Origin: Camelus dromedarius | Lineage: Eukaryota | Reading direction: 5' to 3' | NCBI RefSeq assembly: GCF_036321535.1 | Contig: NC_087437.1 | Coordinates: 58,902,001 to 58,966,000 of the forward strand | DNA: 64,000 bases | Shown here: piece by piece, positions 10,912-23,899 of the stretch | How positions within the stretch are numbered: position 1 is the first letter of the stretch | Layout: each line of letters opens with the position of its first letter | The notes under the pieces: model-generated | What the model was told of the DNA's origin: nothing | Seen by the model: only the letters and a program-made list of their open reading frames with translations | Databases searched by the model: none | Translations under genes and position numbers: made by a program

Positions 10912-13570
10912 GAGTTAGTGACTCTCACTGTATATGACTTCAATAAATGTTAGATATCTTTATTTAAAAAAAAACAAAAACACAGAGCTTCAAGTAACCT
11001 CAAAGTCCTGTCAGAAGGGATGGGCCCAAGCCAAGACCCTATGGCCCAAGGAGCTAGAAAACAGAAGTGGGAGGCGAGAAGCATTCATCCTCAGGACGTG
11101 CAGCGGAATAAGCAAGCCGGCATTTTTCCACTTCTCTGGTTAATTTCCAGTCATAAAAATATGGCCCAAGACTTTGTAAAAATATTCCTAAAACAGTCCA
11201 CACGCTTCCCAAGGCAGAGGGTAACTGTTATGAACAAATCCACAGAAATTCTGGTGCCAAGAGCAACAAACTGGGAATAAAGAAGGAGCAGGAAACATGA
11301 AAAGGGGGGCTAGTCAGAATGCGGAGTGATGAATGCAGGTCATCCTCCCCTCCCAGCAAAACCAGAGGGCGGTGGGACTTGACAGCACCTCAGAGGCTAA
11401 CTGCGCTGCTGAAAGGTCCAACACAGCAGTCCTAAAGGATATTCTCAGCATGGAGAAAGTTCTGGAGCATTGTTGAGTGAATGTGGTGTCAGTCAGGCTC
11501 ATAAGTCTGCAAACTCGGTCCTTAAGATCACAGCTTCTTAGGGCTTGAAGGGAGACCATTAAGGTCAACCTTGTTGTGTCTCTGAAACCCCTTCATGTGG
11601 ACCCCTTTATGGGGCCAGTCAGTTTTTGCTTCACCACATCCAGGTATCTCGACTTACAGAAAGTTCTTTCTTACAGTGAGTCACATTCTTCCCCTCGAGA
11701 GGAGGAGAGGAGGAGGAAGGTTGGGAGTGAACAGAGTTGGCTACCCTTCCCCAGGAACCTTCCTTCAGGTTTATGAAGACAAGTCTCATGCACCACACCA
11801 AGCATCCCGTCACCTTCTATGACGTGAGTTCCGAGTCACTACCCTGGTCAGTGTCCTGAGGACATGGTCTGGTTGGAACAGAGTGCAGACCCCCTGGGGG
11901 CCAGGCCTCACTCGTGTCTGCCATTGTACAGCCACCAGGAGACTGTTCCGGGGCAGCAGCTATATCTTGATGCACAAAGAACAAGGGTGCCCCCACCCAA
12001 AAAAGTAGCTGCAAGTTTGTGTTGTTCCTGCCAAAAACTTATGGTGAGGGTATCAGAGCCAGCCTAGCTGCCATGGGGCTAGCACTACCCCTCTCCTCCT
12101 CCCTCTCTTCCTCCCTCTCCTCTTTGGTACTTAAGTGCTGAGACTTAACCTTGCCAGGCCCACCCCACCTTCAGTTGTCTGTCAGTGCAACTGGTCATCT
12201 CCCAAGGAAATCTTCACTCTGAGGGTGCCCAGCACCCCAATAAGTGTCCCTAAAATAAAAGAGTTCCCTAAAGTGCCACGGAAGACTGAGAGGCACTAAG
12301 AAAACCTGCATTGCCTCCTTAATAAAGTGGGAACCCAACCCACTGAAGCCGGGAACAGACGGAGGCTCCCAGACAGCACAGGAGTGCTTGGATCCCATAG
12401 CTTCCAACACCAGCTCCCTGAGACCATCCTTCCTCCTAGAAATCCTCACTGGCATCTCAGGTCAGGAATCCAGCACCTCTCTTAAGAAAACCAACCCCCA
12501 GCCCTCCAAGCTGGCCGTGGTCAGAGACTTCAAACGGGAGAACAACCAGGAGCCAGGGCGGTAAGATTCACCTGTAGGAAAAGGAATGGCTCCCTGCTTT
12601 CTGGCAGCACCGGTCGCTTAGTGACCACTTTTATATCCATCATCCCATTTGGTCTCAGCATAATCCAGTCATACAGGGAGGGCAGGAGTTATTTTAATTT
12701 TCCAGATGAGGAAACTATAAAACCAAGAGGAGAGACAGTGATCTTCTCAAATGCACAAATCAGAGAAAGAGCTGTTTCTAGAGTCAAGGTCTCTGGTCAC
12801 TTTCTGATGGGCATGCACTAACTGGCTTAAAACATTCCCACATGAAGCACTGCGCCTATAGCAGCAGCCCCGTGGAAAGTTCTGAAAGTGGACACTTTTA
12901 GAAAGTGGCTCCTATCAAGCCACTTTTGTCCTGCAGCCCTCAATCCGTGATGGCGCAGTGACATCCTTTGAGATAAAAGCCATCTGTGCGGGGGCCCAAA
13001 AGAACACACAGCCACACCCTGGGGCACCCCAGGCCCCGCTGACTCAGGAGAAGCATTCCCACGGGTGACCACAGTCAGTTCCAGGCTGTTGCCCTGGGAG
13101 ACAAGAGAAGCAAGCAAAGAGCTGCCCGCCCTGCCCAGTCTTTCCGGGGCAATAGCTTAGCCCCGAAGCTGGCAAGCGCCCACCACTTGGGTGTGACTCG
13201 GCGGGGTGCCCAGCCCTGCAAGCTCTTCCAGGTCTCCGTTCCTGGTAACACCCTCACGCTTCACCCTCTTGCATATGGGAGAAGAGTCATCGGTCTGGCA
13301 GCAGCCTAACTCAGCAGCTGATTGGAACAGGGAACAGCAGAAATCTTCACCAGACCAACCTTTCCCATGAGATTATTCCAATGTGAGTTTTAAAGCCACT
13401 ATTTTAAAGGACTGAACATCAGGCTCATACAATGTGTCTGATGAGCACATTTTCTAATTGAGCACATTTTCTTATTGAGCATAGGAATACATTTAGTGCT
13501 CTTCTAACTAGCAGCCTGGAAAGACACTCCCATAGATGCTTTTCAATGAGTATTTCCCAGACGTGGAGTT

Positions 13571-13590
13571 ACACACACACACACACACAC
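13571..13590. repeat. (AC)10 microsatellite
   Basis: Direct observation. Confidence 0.9.
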
Positions 13591-13659
13591 GTAACGAGGG
13601 AATGGACCACAGCAAGGTGTCGCTCATAGTGGTATGGAAAGATACCAGACAGAGTACTA

Positions 13660-13875
13660 ATTTCTTCAGCTCAAATCCCAGTTTACCTATCTTATAGCTG
13701 TGTGACCCTGGACACGTTAGTCAACTTCTCTGTGTCTTAGTTTTCTTACCTGCAAAATGGGGATGTTAGCGCCTAGCTCACAGAGTGATGTGAAATTAAA
13801 TAAGACGGTCACACCTAAAGCACACTTAAAACAGTGCTCTGAATGTAGTAAGACCTGGATAAACATTAGCCTTTA
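13660..13875 (+). mobile_element. MIR SINE
   Basis: agctgtgtgaccctggacac...ttctctgtgtcttagttttcttacctgcaaaatgggg...ataaacattagc. Confidence 0.8.
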
Positions 13876-13884
13876 TTAAAGGAA

Positions 13885-14050
13885 TGTTTTCCTTTAATCC
13901 TGTCAATAGCCCAAAGAGATGGGAACTATTACCATCCTGATTTGGCAGGTGAGAAATGGGTTCAGAGGCATCAAGCAAGATTCCCAAAGTCAGTGCTAAT
14001 AAGAGGCAAACTCAAGACCCTGAACAGGTTTTTCTGGATCCAAGCCCCGT
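13885..14050 (-). mobile_element. MIR SINE (opposite orientation to its neighbour)
   Basis: tttaatcctgtcaatagccc...actattaccatcctgatttggcaggtgagaaa...cccaaagtca. Confidence 0.65.
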
Positions 14051-14859
14051 GTTTTAATTTACTGCACAATATGAACAATACAAATGCCTCCCAAGAACCC
14101 ATTGTCTAATATGACATGCGGGATTAGTATTCGTTTTGCATCTATTAAGTACCAGACACTTTGTTGGGGCTTTACACACATTAACGTGAGTAAACAAATA
14201 GCCCTGATTCAGAGCAAAATGTGCTAAGGCCCTCACCAAGTGCCACTGAAAGTCAGAGGAGGGCAAGTGTCACACTGTCAACCTCTGCAGGCCCCTCTTC
14301 TCTCCTCTGCCCCTGTGACATCTCTGTGGATCAGAAGGTCAGGCAACCTCCTGGAGTGGGCTCACGCAGGCAGCCGTAGCGTGTTTTCTTTTCACTCTTC
14401 TGATTTCCTGAAATATCAAACCTGTACGAACAAGCTACATGCAAATCAGAGGTTATTCAGAGTTCCTCACCGCCAACCCCAACCACCCAGATTTCTGATA
14501 GTTTGGGGTTAGCTGTGCCTTGGTTCCATCCTCAACAACCAGTATGGACTTAAAAATTTTTTTTTCTTACCCATCTCAGTGGGGCAACTCAATGGGGAAA
14601 AATAAATTATGACTCTAGGCACTAAACATAAATAATATTACTCAAGGTACTAAGTACTAAGAAGAGATAAGCTATTTCAATGGAAAGTTGTCCTCACTAA
14701 AACCTAAAAACATGAATTTGAACAACCATATTTAATATGAAGACTGGACAAATCTACTTGAATGTTTCTTTATGAAAATTGGGGAAACAATAAAATTAAA
14801 TTTTGAAATGTTCTTTTTTGCATAATATAAACCTGTGCATTCAGCCTTACTCAATCTTG

Positions 14860-15050
14860 TTGCATATATATATATATATATATGCAGACACGTAGGTGCA
14901 TACACACCAAAAGCAAGACACAGCAAAATATTAATAGTGGTTACCTCTGGAACATGGGTTGATGGTGGTTTTATTTCCTTCTTTATGCATTTCTTTATTT
15001 CACAAAGTGTATAAAGTGAGTCTGTGTTATTTTCATAATCTAGAAAGATA
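14860..15050 (+). mobile_element. Old L1 (L1ME-like) 3' end with (TA)n tract
   Basis: aaaatattaatagtggttacctctgg...ttttatttccttctttatgc. Confidence 0.55.
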
Positions 15051-15559
15051 CCAAAATTATATTTCAGTTTTAAACATGTGCAAGGGAAAACAGATTTGTT
15101 CATATTAGCTATTAGTATTTTAAACTGGTGAGAAAGTCTAAGAATTCCACTATAATATGAAAAGAACTAATTAGAAAACTCAAGAAATGAGTTAATGAAA
15201 ATAGAGAAAAGTATATAATCTATATTTATAAACTAACTCAATTTTTGCAATAAAGTATTAATGATACATCAGCAACAGACTGTTTGGCTCTTTGTATCCA
15301 TGCATTTATCTCAAGTTTAAGCGATGGTGTCTAATCTTGAGGAAGAGGAGTCATAGATCCATCCAAGAATCAGAGAAGAGTTGCAAACAATAAACTTTCC
15401 ACCCTAATGAGGATAGAAACACACACATGCGCCACAAAGGCTGACACATAAATTTAGAAGCTTCCTGGTCCCTGACACCCATTCACCACTCCACCCAGAG
15501 CCCATGAAACATAGGTCAAGAAATTCTGCTTCAAGAATCTTCTTCTCCCAATCTCCCCC

Positions 15560-15835
15560 CAAATTTTTATTATGAATAATTTCAAATGTAGAAAAAAGTT
15601 GAAAGAACAGAACGGTGAACATCCACATCACTTCTGCCTAGACTTAGCGGTTCTTACCATTTTTGTGATATTAGGTCTATTTACCTACCTTTTCACCGAA
15701 ACACTGAAAATTATAAACACGATTAACACATCCCCCGTAAATACTTCACCTGTGCCCTTTGACAGTAAAGGTGTTCTTCTTCAGAACAACAAGCATGCTA
15801 CACCCAAGAGTATTAGCAGTAATTCCATAATATTT
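15560..15835 (-). mobile_element. Old L1 (L1MC/ME-like) 3' end
   Basis: ttttattatgaataatttcaaatgtagaaaaaagttgaaagaa...gaacatcca is a typical reverse L1M 3' terminus. Confidence 0.6.
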
Positions 15836-16635
15836 ATTATCAAGAAACTTTTTAATACGATAAACAATCACCAAGAAGGTGAAGTCCTAGGAGAATGTAA
15901 AGACCTGCAGATGATAATCTGGGAAGACTGTACAAACACTGTCCCCAAAAGAGAAGTGAGCACAAGGATTCTGTCTTTTCCCTCGCATGTCTGGAGGCAG
16001 GAGTCTGCCCTGCCCCAGGACACCAGGCCCAAGGCCTTGGAGCAAAGGAGGAGACCTCCGTAGGGCAGCTGCCTCAGCCTGCCCGCAGGGGCCCATGGGC
16101 TCTCACCGGGGATGGGCGGCAGACACAAACCCTCCTCCTTTCATTCTCCACCACAGAGAAAGCCAATGACCCATGTCATGGTGTCCGGCTCCTCACCTCC
16201 CAGCAGCGTAGCCATCAAAACTCGCAACCAATTCATGTGCTTCAGCCACCCCTCATTTTCCTGCCAACTCCCCCAGACCTCTAGCAGGATTAGCTGAACT
16301 CAGCCAGACCCAAGAGATCTGGCTGGGCTAGTATGAATCCTCTCCATTCCAACTGGACTTATTTTTTCAACCTGATAGCTTTCTATAGTGATTTCTAGAT
16401 GCCAGAAAGTTACAAAGTTCAAAAGTTAAAAAAAAAAAAAAAAAAGCACACCCATCCTTGCCCTACTATAACCTCCACATCAACTCCCAGTGCAATCTCT
16501 TTCAAGATCCCCTCAGCCCTTGCAACAGAGCTCTGCCTGTGGTTATTCTTTTGACATTGTTACTTCATAGTGTCTCCCCCGCTAGACTGAGCTCCTTGAG
16601 AAAAACAACCCTGTCTTTTTCAACAGTGTATCCTC

Positions 16636-17106
16636 TGTATAGTGGGTTGAATAGTGGTCCCCCAAAAAGATATGACCATATCCTAACCCCACCAGTACCT
16701 ATAAATGCGACCTTATTTGGGGGGGAAAAAAGGGGGTTTTGCAAAGATAATCAAAGATCTCCAGATGATATCAGCCTGGATTATTCTAAGGATGATCAGC
16801 TAAATTCAATGACAAGTGTCCTGATAAGAAACACACAGGAGAGACAGTCAGAAGAAGGAGAAAGCCGTAGGAAGCAGGAAGCAGAGACTGGAGTGATGCG
16901 GTCACAGACCAAGAAACGCCTGGACCACCGGAAGCTGGAAGACACAAGGAAAGATTCTCCTCCAGAGCCTTCGAAGGGAGTGTGGCCCTGACAATGCCTT
17001 GATGTCCGACGTTTGGCCTCCACCACTAGGAGGGAAGAAATTCCTGTTGTTTTAAGCCTCCAAGTTTATAGTAATTTGTTACAGCAGCCCTAGGGAACTC
17101 GTATAC
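16636..17106 (+). mobile_element. MLT1B/C-type ERVL-MaLR solo LTR inserted into an L2 3' end
   Basis: tgtatagtgggttgaatagtggtccccc...gcagagactggagtgatgcg...gttttaagcc...ttgttacagcagccctagggaac. L2 text flanks both sides (about 16570-16635 and 17107-17160). Confidence 0.9.
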
Positions 17107-17948
17107 CCTAGGAACACCGTCCTTGACATAGTTTGCATAAAGCACATTTGTTGAAGAATTGCAAAAGCTGAGGGTGTGGCTTTATACCTTTTTCATATCC
17201 TACAGACAAGGAAGCATCTCTGAAGGCCACTGGACTCTGGCTAACAAAGACGGAAGCATCGTTATTCTGGTGTCCACTGAACAGTGCGTTCCTTTAAAGA
17301 GGTGTTTTAATCTCACTTTATATTCATTGTTCTGCCCTCCTTGATTTTACTGTAAGTGACTGAATGGACTTTTGATGTATTGCCAGCACGCCATAAATTA
17401 TGAGCCTCTTTCTTTAAGGTTGGGGAGGAGAGGAACTCTACTTCCCCGTTCAGTTATTTCAGGCAAGGGTGGGAGCAGGTTTTCTGTGCCAGCAGCATCC
17501 TGATTATGATTCAGGATGTGCGGCCAAAGGCAAACAGTTCCTCTTCAAATTCAATCAAATAGGAAGGAGCAAAGGCCCAAACAAGAAAAGCCGGGTTCTC
17601 TTTGTGTGCACAGCCAAGGGGTCCTGGGAAGCTTGGGAGCGATGACGCCTGTCTCAGGCTTAGCACGGCTGGACTTAAATGGGACTCAGGAAACTTCTGC
17701 ACATATTCAGAACAAGTTTCCAATCCCTTCTGACAGAATCACCCTCTGGACAGTCCCAAGTCGCTGCACCGGAAGTTCTTTGCAGGCTCTAAGGACAGAG
17801 GTTAACCAGAATAAAAAGCATTCTTTTTGATCTCTTTGCTTTGGAAACAATTCTGTATGCAACTTCAATGCTGTGGATTGTGGTCACCAAGAGCCAAAGG
17901 ATGTCTTCTGTGGCCGTTCTGCTTGTTGAAACGCGGTGCAACCCAGAG

Positions 17949-18200
17949 CAGTGATTTTTCACTCAGGAAGTCATGAACCCTTCATGGATTGAGAAATTCG
18001 TTTAGTGAGAGGCGCCAGCTCTTTTGCTCAAATGAAATAGAAGGGGATAGAAAATATCAGAATGTATCTTGCATAGTGAGGGTGAGCATCGCACCATTAA
18101 ATTTTGCTCCAGTTTCATATATATGTATGTGCCACCGGCTTGTGATAGAAAATGTATTCCTCACTGTGAGTCATACTCCGAGGAAGTCTGAAAGCCACTC
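17949..18200. mobile_element. hAT-Charlie-type MITE (subfamily not assigned)
   Basis: Ends cagtgattttt...gaaagccact are TIR-like; internal aatgaaatagaa...aaaatatcaga...aaaatgtattcctcactgtg. Confidence 0.6.
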
Positions 18201-18859
18201 TCTTAGAGAGTCTGTTGCACCCAGCCGGAAAGCATTCTTTCTCCTCGCCCACGTCCCAGTTCTTGAGAGCACCGTTTGCATTTATGATGTGAACCTGATT
18301 AACAGAACAATTCATCACACACCTGACAAGAGAAGCATCCATTCCCCCATCACTGTGCCTGAAGCTCAGTCCCCTGCTCGTGGGTCCTTGTGTCTACACC
18401 TTGGTAGAGCCCTGCCGGGCTCACTTCCATCTTCCTGGAACCCACTGTTTTTCCTCTGCAGCCCTCCACAGCTTTTCACGATGATTCTGAAACAGACTCA
18501 AACATGGGGCTCCCGAAGTCTTTGAGGGGGGAGGAAACCACCTTGATTCTTTCACTAACCATCCCTTTGTTTTTCTATACCAATGTGTCCAGTTTCCCCT
18601 TCTGCCATTTTGCCCAGAAGATGGTCACTCTGGCCTCCGTTAAAGATTCTCTCTCATTCACAAACCTGCTGACTCACCTAGCCCCATGGCCCCATACTGG
18701 GGCTGATGTCCCAACACCTGTCCCCTGCAAGGCCTGCCTCATAGATCTGCTACAGGCTTTCTGGTCACATGTAAAGATTGTAACTAGAGCTTACTGATCG
18801 CAGGTAATTAAGAACTGTAACTAACTAGGCTAGCCAAGTAGTGTAGACCAGATCGTGCA

Positions 18860-19000
18860 CTTTGGCATCAGCAGAACTGGATCCAAGTTTTGGTGCTGTT
18901 GTTTTACTGGCTGTTGACCTTGAGCAAATTGCTTAACGTCTCTAAGCCTCATCTGTAAAATCAAGATAATGCTAACGCCCATCTCAAGGGCGTTGTTGAA
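18860..19000 (+). mobile_element. MIR SINE
   Basis: gaccttgagcaaattgcttaacgtctctaagcctcatctgtaaaatcaagataat. Confidence 0.8.
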
Positions 19001-19659
19001 GCCTGCTCCTTTTTTTTTTTCCCCCAAAGATTAATTGAAGTTTCTGTGATAAATTCTTCTTGTGAATCCTATGAATGGACTTCAAAAAATTCTTTATTCT
19101 TTTGATGCTTTCAGGAATCTATAGTACCTAGGAAAAATGTAAAGAACAGAGACTTTCTGGAAAATATATATCATCTAACGAGTCAAGCCATTCCTGACAC
19201 CTTACAATTATGAAAATTAAAAAGAAAGGGACAAGGAAGGGAAGCAGGCAGAGAAAGAAAATTCTCCGTATGGTCTGACTTCCTGAGACTGTACCGCAGG
19301 GATCTTCTTGCATTAACACCAGACCAGGCTCTTCCCTCTGCCAGCAGCACCCTCTGCTTTGGTGGGTCCATAAATCTGATTCAGCACAAAAGATCCACTT
19401 AATGGAAAGCAAGTGTGTTGAGGGAAAAAAACTGCACTCACATTTTCTTGTGCATTCTTTATGCAAAGGAGAATTGATCCAATAACCCAAAATAACCAAA
19501 AGAACTGCCCTTTGCATCTGGAACTGGTCTTTCTTCTAAGGTGGCCACGGATGATGCAGCATAAAAAATATACAGTTGATTTTAAACTGGTTTTTAAAAC
19601 CTTTAATATTCCATCTGTAGCACACCAATAGGTAAAATACCAACACTTCCATTTTTTAA

Positions 19660-20400
19660 TGGTCGAAAACACAAATAGATAATTCAGAGAAGAAATAAAG
19701 TTTCACATAATGTTATAAAAATGTTTAAGTTTACTAATGATCAAAGAAATACCAAAAAGCAAAACTGAAACTCATCTAGGCTAATCAAATCTGTAAAGAT
19801 TGAAAAGGATAATTACTGTTAGTGTAGGAATGAGAAACCAGGCATTCTTCTCTGCTGATGGGATAGAAAATATAAACTTTTCTGATAGCTATTTGGTAGT
19901 ACAAATCAATAGCTTTAGAAGTTCTGTACTTTCTGAGTAGTAATTTAAATTCCACAAAAACATCAAAGGGAAATAAACAAAGATGTAGGCATGTGGACAA
20001 TGTACAAAAAACTCTCATAATAATTTTTGTGATAATGAACAACTTGATAGCAACTTACATGTCTAATAAGGAAATTAGTAAATAAATGATGGTTCATCAA
20101 TATGGTGGAATATTACACAGCACTATATTTTTTCAGTGGAGGTACTGGGGATTGAACCCAGGATCTCCTGCATGCTAAACTAAGCATGAGCTCTACCACT
20201 GAGCTGTTATTACCCAGCCCCCCAAAATTATGTTTTCAAATTTTTTAATGGCTTGGGAAAACGTGAAGTGTAAAACTCTGCACATAGATTGTTCCTAATT
20301 AGATAAATAGAGACACAGATAAAAGAAGGTTAAAATAGAACATACTAAAATATTAACAGACATTATTTCTGGATGGTAGGATTACAGGTAAAAATTTCCC
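19660..20400 (+). mobile_element. Old L1 (late ORF2/3' end) interrupted by a Vic-1 SINE
   Basis: ttactaatgatcaaagaaatac...ctgctgatgggatagaaaat...aataaatgatggttcatcaatatggtggaatattacacagc. Confidence 0.6.
20128..20222 (-). mobile_element. Vic-1-type tRNA-Ala-derived SINE
   Basis: ggaggtactggggattgaacccagg...gcatgcta...ctctaccactgagct (reverse A/B boxes). Confidence 0.85.
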
Positions 20401-21219
20401 CAGGTAATACAGATTCCTGAAAGCACTGAAAGAATAAAGAATTTTTCTAAAGTTCATTCATAAACTTTATTTATTTCCAAACCTTTTAAACTGGGTATGC
20501 ATAACTTTTATAATTATGTGTTTGACTCACTACTGTGTTAGACCAGAGCTCTAGCCGGGGGTGAGCTGACTTAAGCATGGACATTTGGCTCTTGACTTCC
20601 ACGTGCTGGGTGGTGGGCGGATGTACGTATCACACGTGATCCCATTCCTTAAGGGGTACAACACATAGAGGTGAACAATCTGAACACAATGAATTAAGTA
20701 ATATAGGATTATGATCAGAGCAAAGCCTTCCACATAGTAAATACTCGACAGACTCTAACTTTAGTAACAGGTGAACAGAACAAGCAGTTAGTGCTACTGG
20801 AATCAGGCGAACAAGACCCCTGAGGCCTGGAAAAGAGAAAAGAACACAGTCAGGCAAGGGGCAGTAGAGGGGCTGGTCCTTGCATTGGAGCTCCAAGGAG
20901 GGGCTAACTGCAAGTGTGGAGGAGGGAGGGGGATGACCCGCAGTAGATCCAGGCATTCCCCACGGGCATCCCAGAGATAGGACCCAGGGCCTCATTGGCC
21001 TGGCAGTTTCAAATGCTCATTTCAAGTCATGCAGAGCCTCCCTGAGTGTTCACCTTCTTCCTGGAGCGGGAAGGACCAAACGGAGGCACAGGACTGCCGG
21101 GTCGTCAGCAAGTGGCATTTGCTGTGCAAGGCAAGGTGATGGTCTCTGCGTGTCCATGCTTTGGTCATGGTTTAACTGAGTGCTGATTAGGAAGGATCCC
21201 GAGGAAACAGTCATCTGCA

Positions 21220-21400
21220 CCGCACTTTACAGTGTAGCCAGCACATCCAGCACAGACGCTCTCACTTAATCTCCCCACAATCCTGGGCAGTGCTCTCAGC
21301 TTATACTTAAGGAAACTGAGGCTCACTGAAGTGAAAGGATCTCTTTAAGTTCAGAACGAGCTAGCGATAAAGCCAGGGCTTCAACTTAGTGCTTTTCCCC
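21220..21400 (-). mobile_element. MIR-family SINE
   Basis: gcactttacagtgt...ctcacttaatctccccacaatcctg...aaggaaactgaggctcactgaagtgaa. Confidence 0.65.
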
Positions 21401-21878
21401 TATACTCTTGGACTCAGCTGTGGTAACTCTCCTGGAGAAACACTCTTCCTCTAAAAGCACTGACTGACTACTCTTCCCCTTTGCATTCAAACCAACCAAC
21501 CCTTCCAACACTTGTCAACACCTCCCCTGGGTCTCGAAGACCTCACATGCATCAGTGTTTGGGACACCAGAAAGTAACACAAATCAAACATAAAATAGGG
21601 TGGTTGAAGATTTCCGCAGGGAGTGATCAGAATCCACTCTCTGCATATATACGAATGCTTCCTGAGGGATTCCTCTTTGCTTCCATCACATTCCCGTGGA
21701 GTCTCGTGAACCAGAAAAGATTGAGAATTACTGAGAGATAACTGCAGTATAACCAGGGTGAGGTCATCTGGGACACTAAATTCAGCTCTGAGCTTCCTGG
21801 TTACCAGGGAAAAGTCAACAAAGTAATGATAAGGCAAGGACCTTCTACTACAAAATAACTCTCAACGCCAAACTGTAA

Positions 21879-21893
21879 ACACACACACACACA

Positions 21894-21921
<28 letters not shown>
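21879..21921. repeat. Interrupted (CA)n microsatellite
   Basis: Direct observation. Confidence 0.92.
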
Positions 21922-21924
<3 letters not shown>

Positions 21925-23281
21925 GATAAACGGAAAGTCAAAACAGAACTGGGCTCTCACACTGCAAAGTTACAAGGCAAGGAGTGATCAGACAGCAAAG
22001 GAATTTCTTTTTAGTTATGGGGCTTAATTGTTTTGGTGCAATTTAGGAACCCATAGGATGCAAAGTCACAACAATTCATAAGTCTGTCCAAGGCATCGTA
22101 AACACTCATTCAAAGATGGAAAACCTGAAGCCAGGAAAAAAGAGACTTGCCCCAACTATGTTTGAAAAACTATAGCTTAGTATCTACACCAACATGCTAG
22201 AGGTATTCATCAACTGTTGGCCTGAAAAGGTCCTACATGATCCATTTTTCATAAATAGAAAACACGTGGATTTCATACTAACACTCCAATAATGCACTAG
22301 CTGGAAAGCTGAGGACGGGTTTAATTCCTTAGCCCTTTGCAGACTCTGCCCGCCAGACCTGGTTCACTCTGCTCATCTACCTACTACACCTTCCTTCAGA
22401 ACTAACGCAGTGGTGAGTACCCGCCTCCTTCTCAGGTCTGTTTTCCCAAATCCAAAGTTAACAAGATCCTAATCAGTCAAGAAGTTTTTAGTAGAACTGG
22501 GTTTTGGGGTTTTGAGGGATTTGGGGTTTGGGGGTTTGTCGGTTTGGTTTTTATATTCAAGCATTCTCTTTTCCTCATTTGATTTAACCCTGGAGGAAAA
22601 GAAGTTAACACACATTCCTGGGGAACATGGCTGAACCACAAATCCTCCCCCAGGGCCTAAATCCCTCCTCTGTGTTGGTCAGCCTGAACTAGTTGGCTGG
22701 TTTGGAGTTCAGGGGTTGTAGCCTCGGGGCCCTGTGAGATAGCTGTAATTAACACTTTAGGAGATGATGGTATCCATACAGCAGGAGTCAGCAAACCATC
22801 CTTCAGGTTACCGCAACAGAGACCATGTGTCCTGCAAAATACGTACCACTGCCCCTTCAGGAGAAGGCCCGCCCACCCCTCCTCGACCTCGCACCTGGAT
22901 GCTCATCACCAACCTCCGAGAAGCAGCCCCACGTTTTGACAACTACGTGGGCCTCAGTATGAACAGGGGCTTGAGATGACTTCCTGAATACTGCCTGCAA
23001 AGAACACCAACCTGCCAGAGTGAAGGGGGGGAATGGGCAGAGGACCAAAGGGTCAAGGGTTAGAAAGGAGACCAAAAAGGAAGAATGAGCCCCAAGGAGA
23101 AAAACGCCGGTGTCAGGGACTAAGGTAAGATAACGTGTTGTAAACACTGCTCTTCCTGCCCCGTCCTCCCCACGTGCTTCCCTAAACCTCCACCCCAAGC
23201 AGACACAGGGCGCAAAGGAGCCCGACCCCAACTCGAAGAGGCAGTTGCTTGCATCTGGTCCCAGCTCCCTCCGCAGGGACA

Positions 23282-23412
23282 TCACATTGGTAGTCTGATA
23301 TCAGCCACGTTAAGAGTATTTCTACCACAAGCATCAGCAGAGGCTGCACCTCAGAACCCCACTCCCCAGCCCCTACCTCCCCGAGAGCTGACTGTTAAAC
23401 ACTCCCCAGCAT
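23282..23412. mobile_element. MER63-like hAT-Blackjack fragment
   Basis: attggtagtctgatatcagccac...gagtatttctaccac...gagagctgactgttaaaca...ccagca. Confidence 0.6.
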
Positions 23413-23457
23413 GAGTGTGTATGTATCATTTCTCATAAATGGTGCCACGCATGCATT

Positions 23458-23730
23458 GTGGAGGATGCCGGGGGCTGCGGGCCCACCCCAGCCCCCTTCT
23501 CAGCCCCCAGCTGAAGGAGTGTTAGTTGCTGGCAACTCACAGTTGAGTCTCTCTACCTCTCCAGGAAATGCCCGAAGCTAAAGGGACCTGCCACACCCCA
23601 GGCCTGCTCCCTTCCCCAGGGCACCCTCTGTGCAACTACTGGGGTGAAAAAGTCAGACTCAGCCTCAGCTCAGAACAACTCCAGCTCCAAAGTTTCCTTT
23701 GGGTTCAGCAAAGGCCTCTGTTGCAACTGC
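23458..23730 (+). mobile_element. LTR16(C)-like ERVL LTR fragment
   Basis: tgtggaggatgc...cccccagctgaaggagtgttagttgctggcaactcacagttgagtc...aggcctctgttgcaactgc. Confidence 0.7.
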
Positions 23731-23899
23731 CTTAAAAATAAAGAGTCAAAGAGACTGAGAGGCTGAATTGCCCACCAAATTCTCTCTTCTTCATCTTCTC
23801 CTGCCTTGAGTTCTTTTTTTTTCGTTTGCTTACAGTTCTTTCTAGAGTATTTTTCTCTGATCATCGCCTGGGTATCTGGATGATGCCTTTTTTTCTTTT

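Noticed and set aside
13442..13480. 17-bp tandem duplication tgagcacattttct(a/t)at; similar micro-duplications near 9560-9588 and 28945-28975
   Set aside because: Ordinary two-copy slippage duplications with no array or spacer structure.
13660..14050. Inverted MIR pair as a dsRNA or miRNA source
   Set aside because: The copies appear too diverged from each other for stable pairing; no supporting evidence.
16458..16991. 177-aa ORF
   Set aside because: Reads through L2 and MLT1 LTR sequence; not a real CDS.
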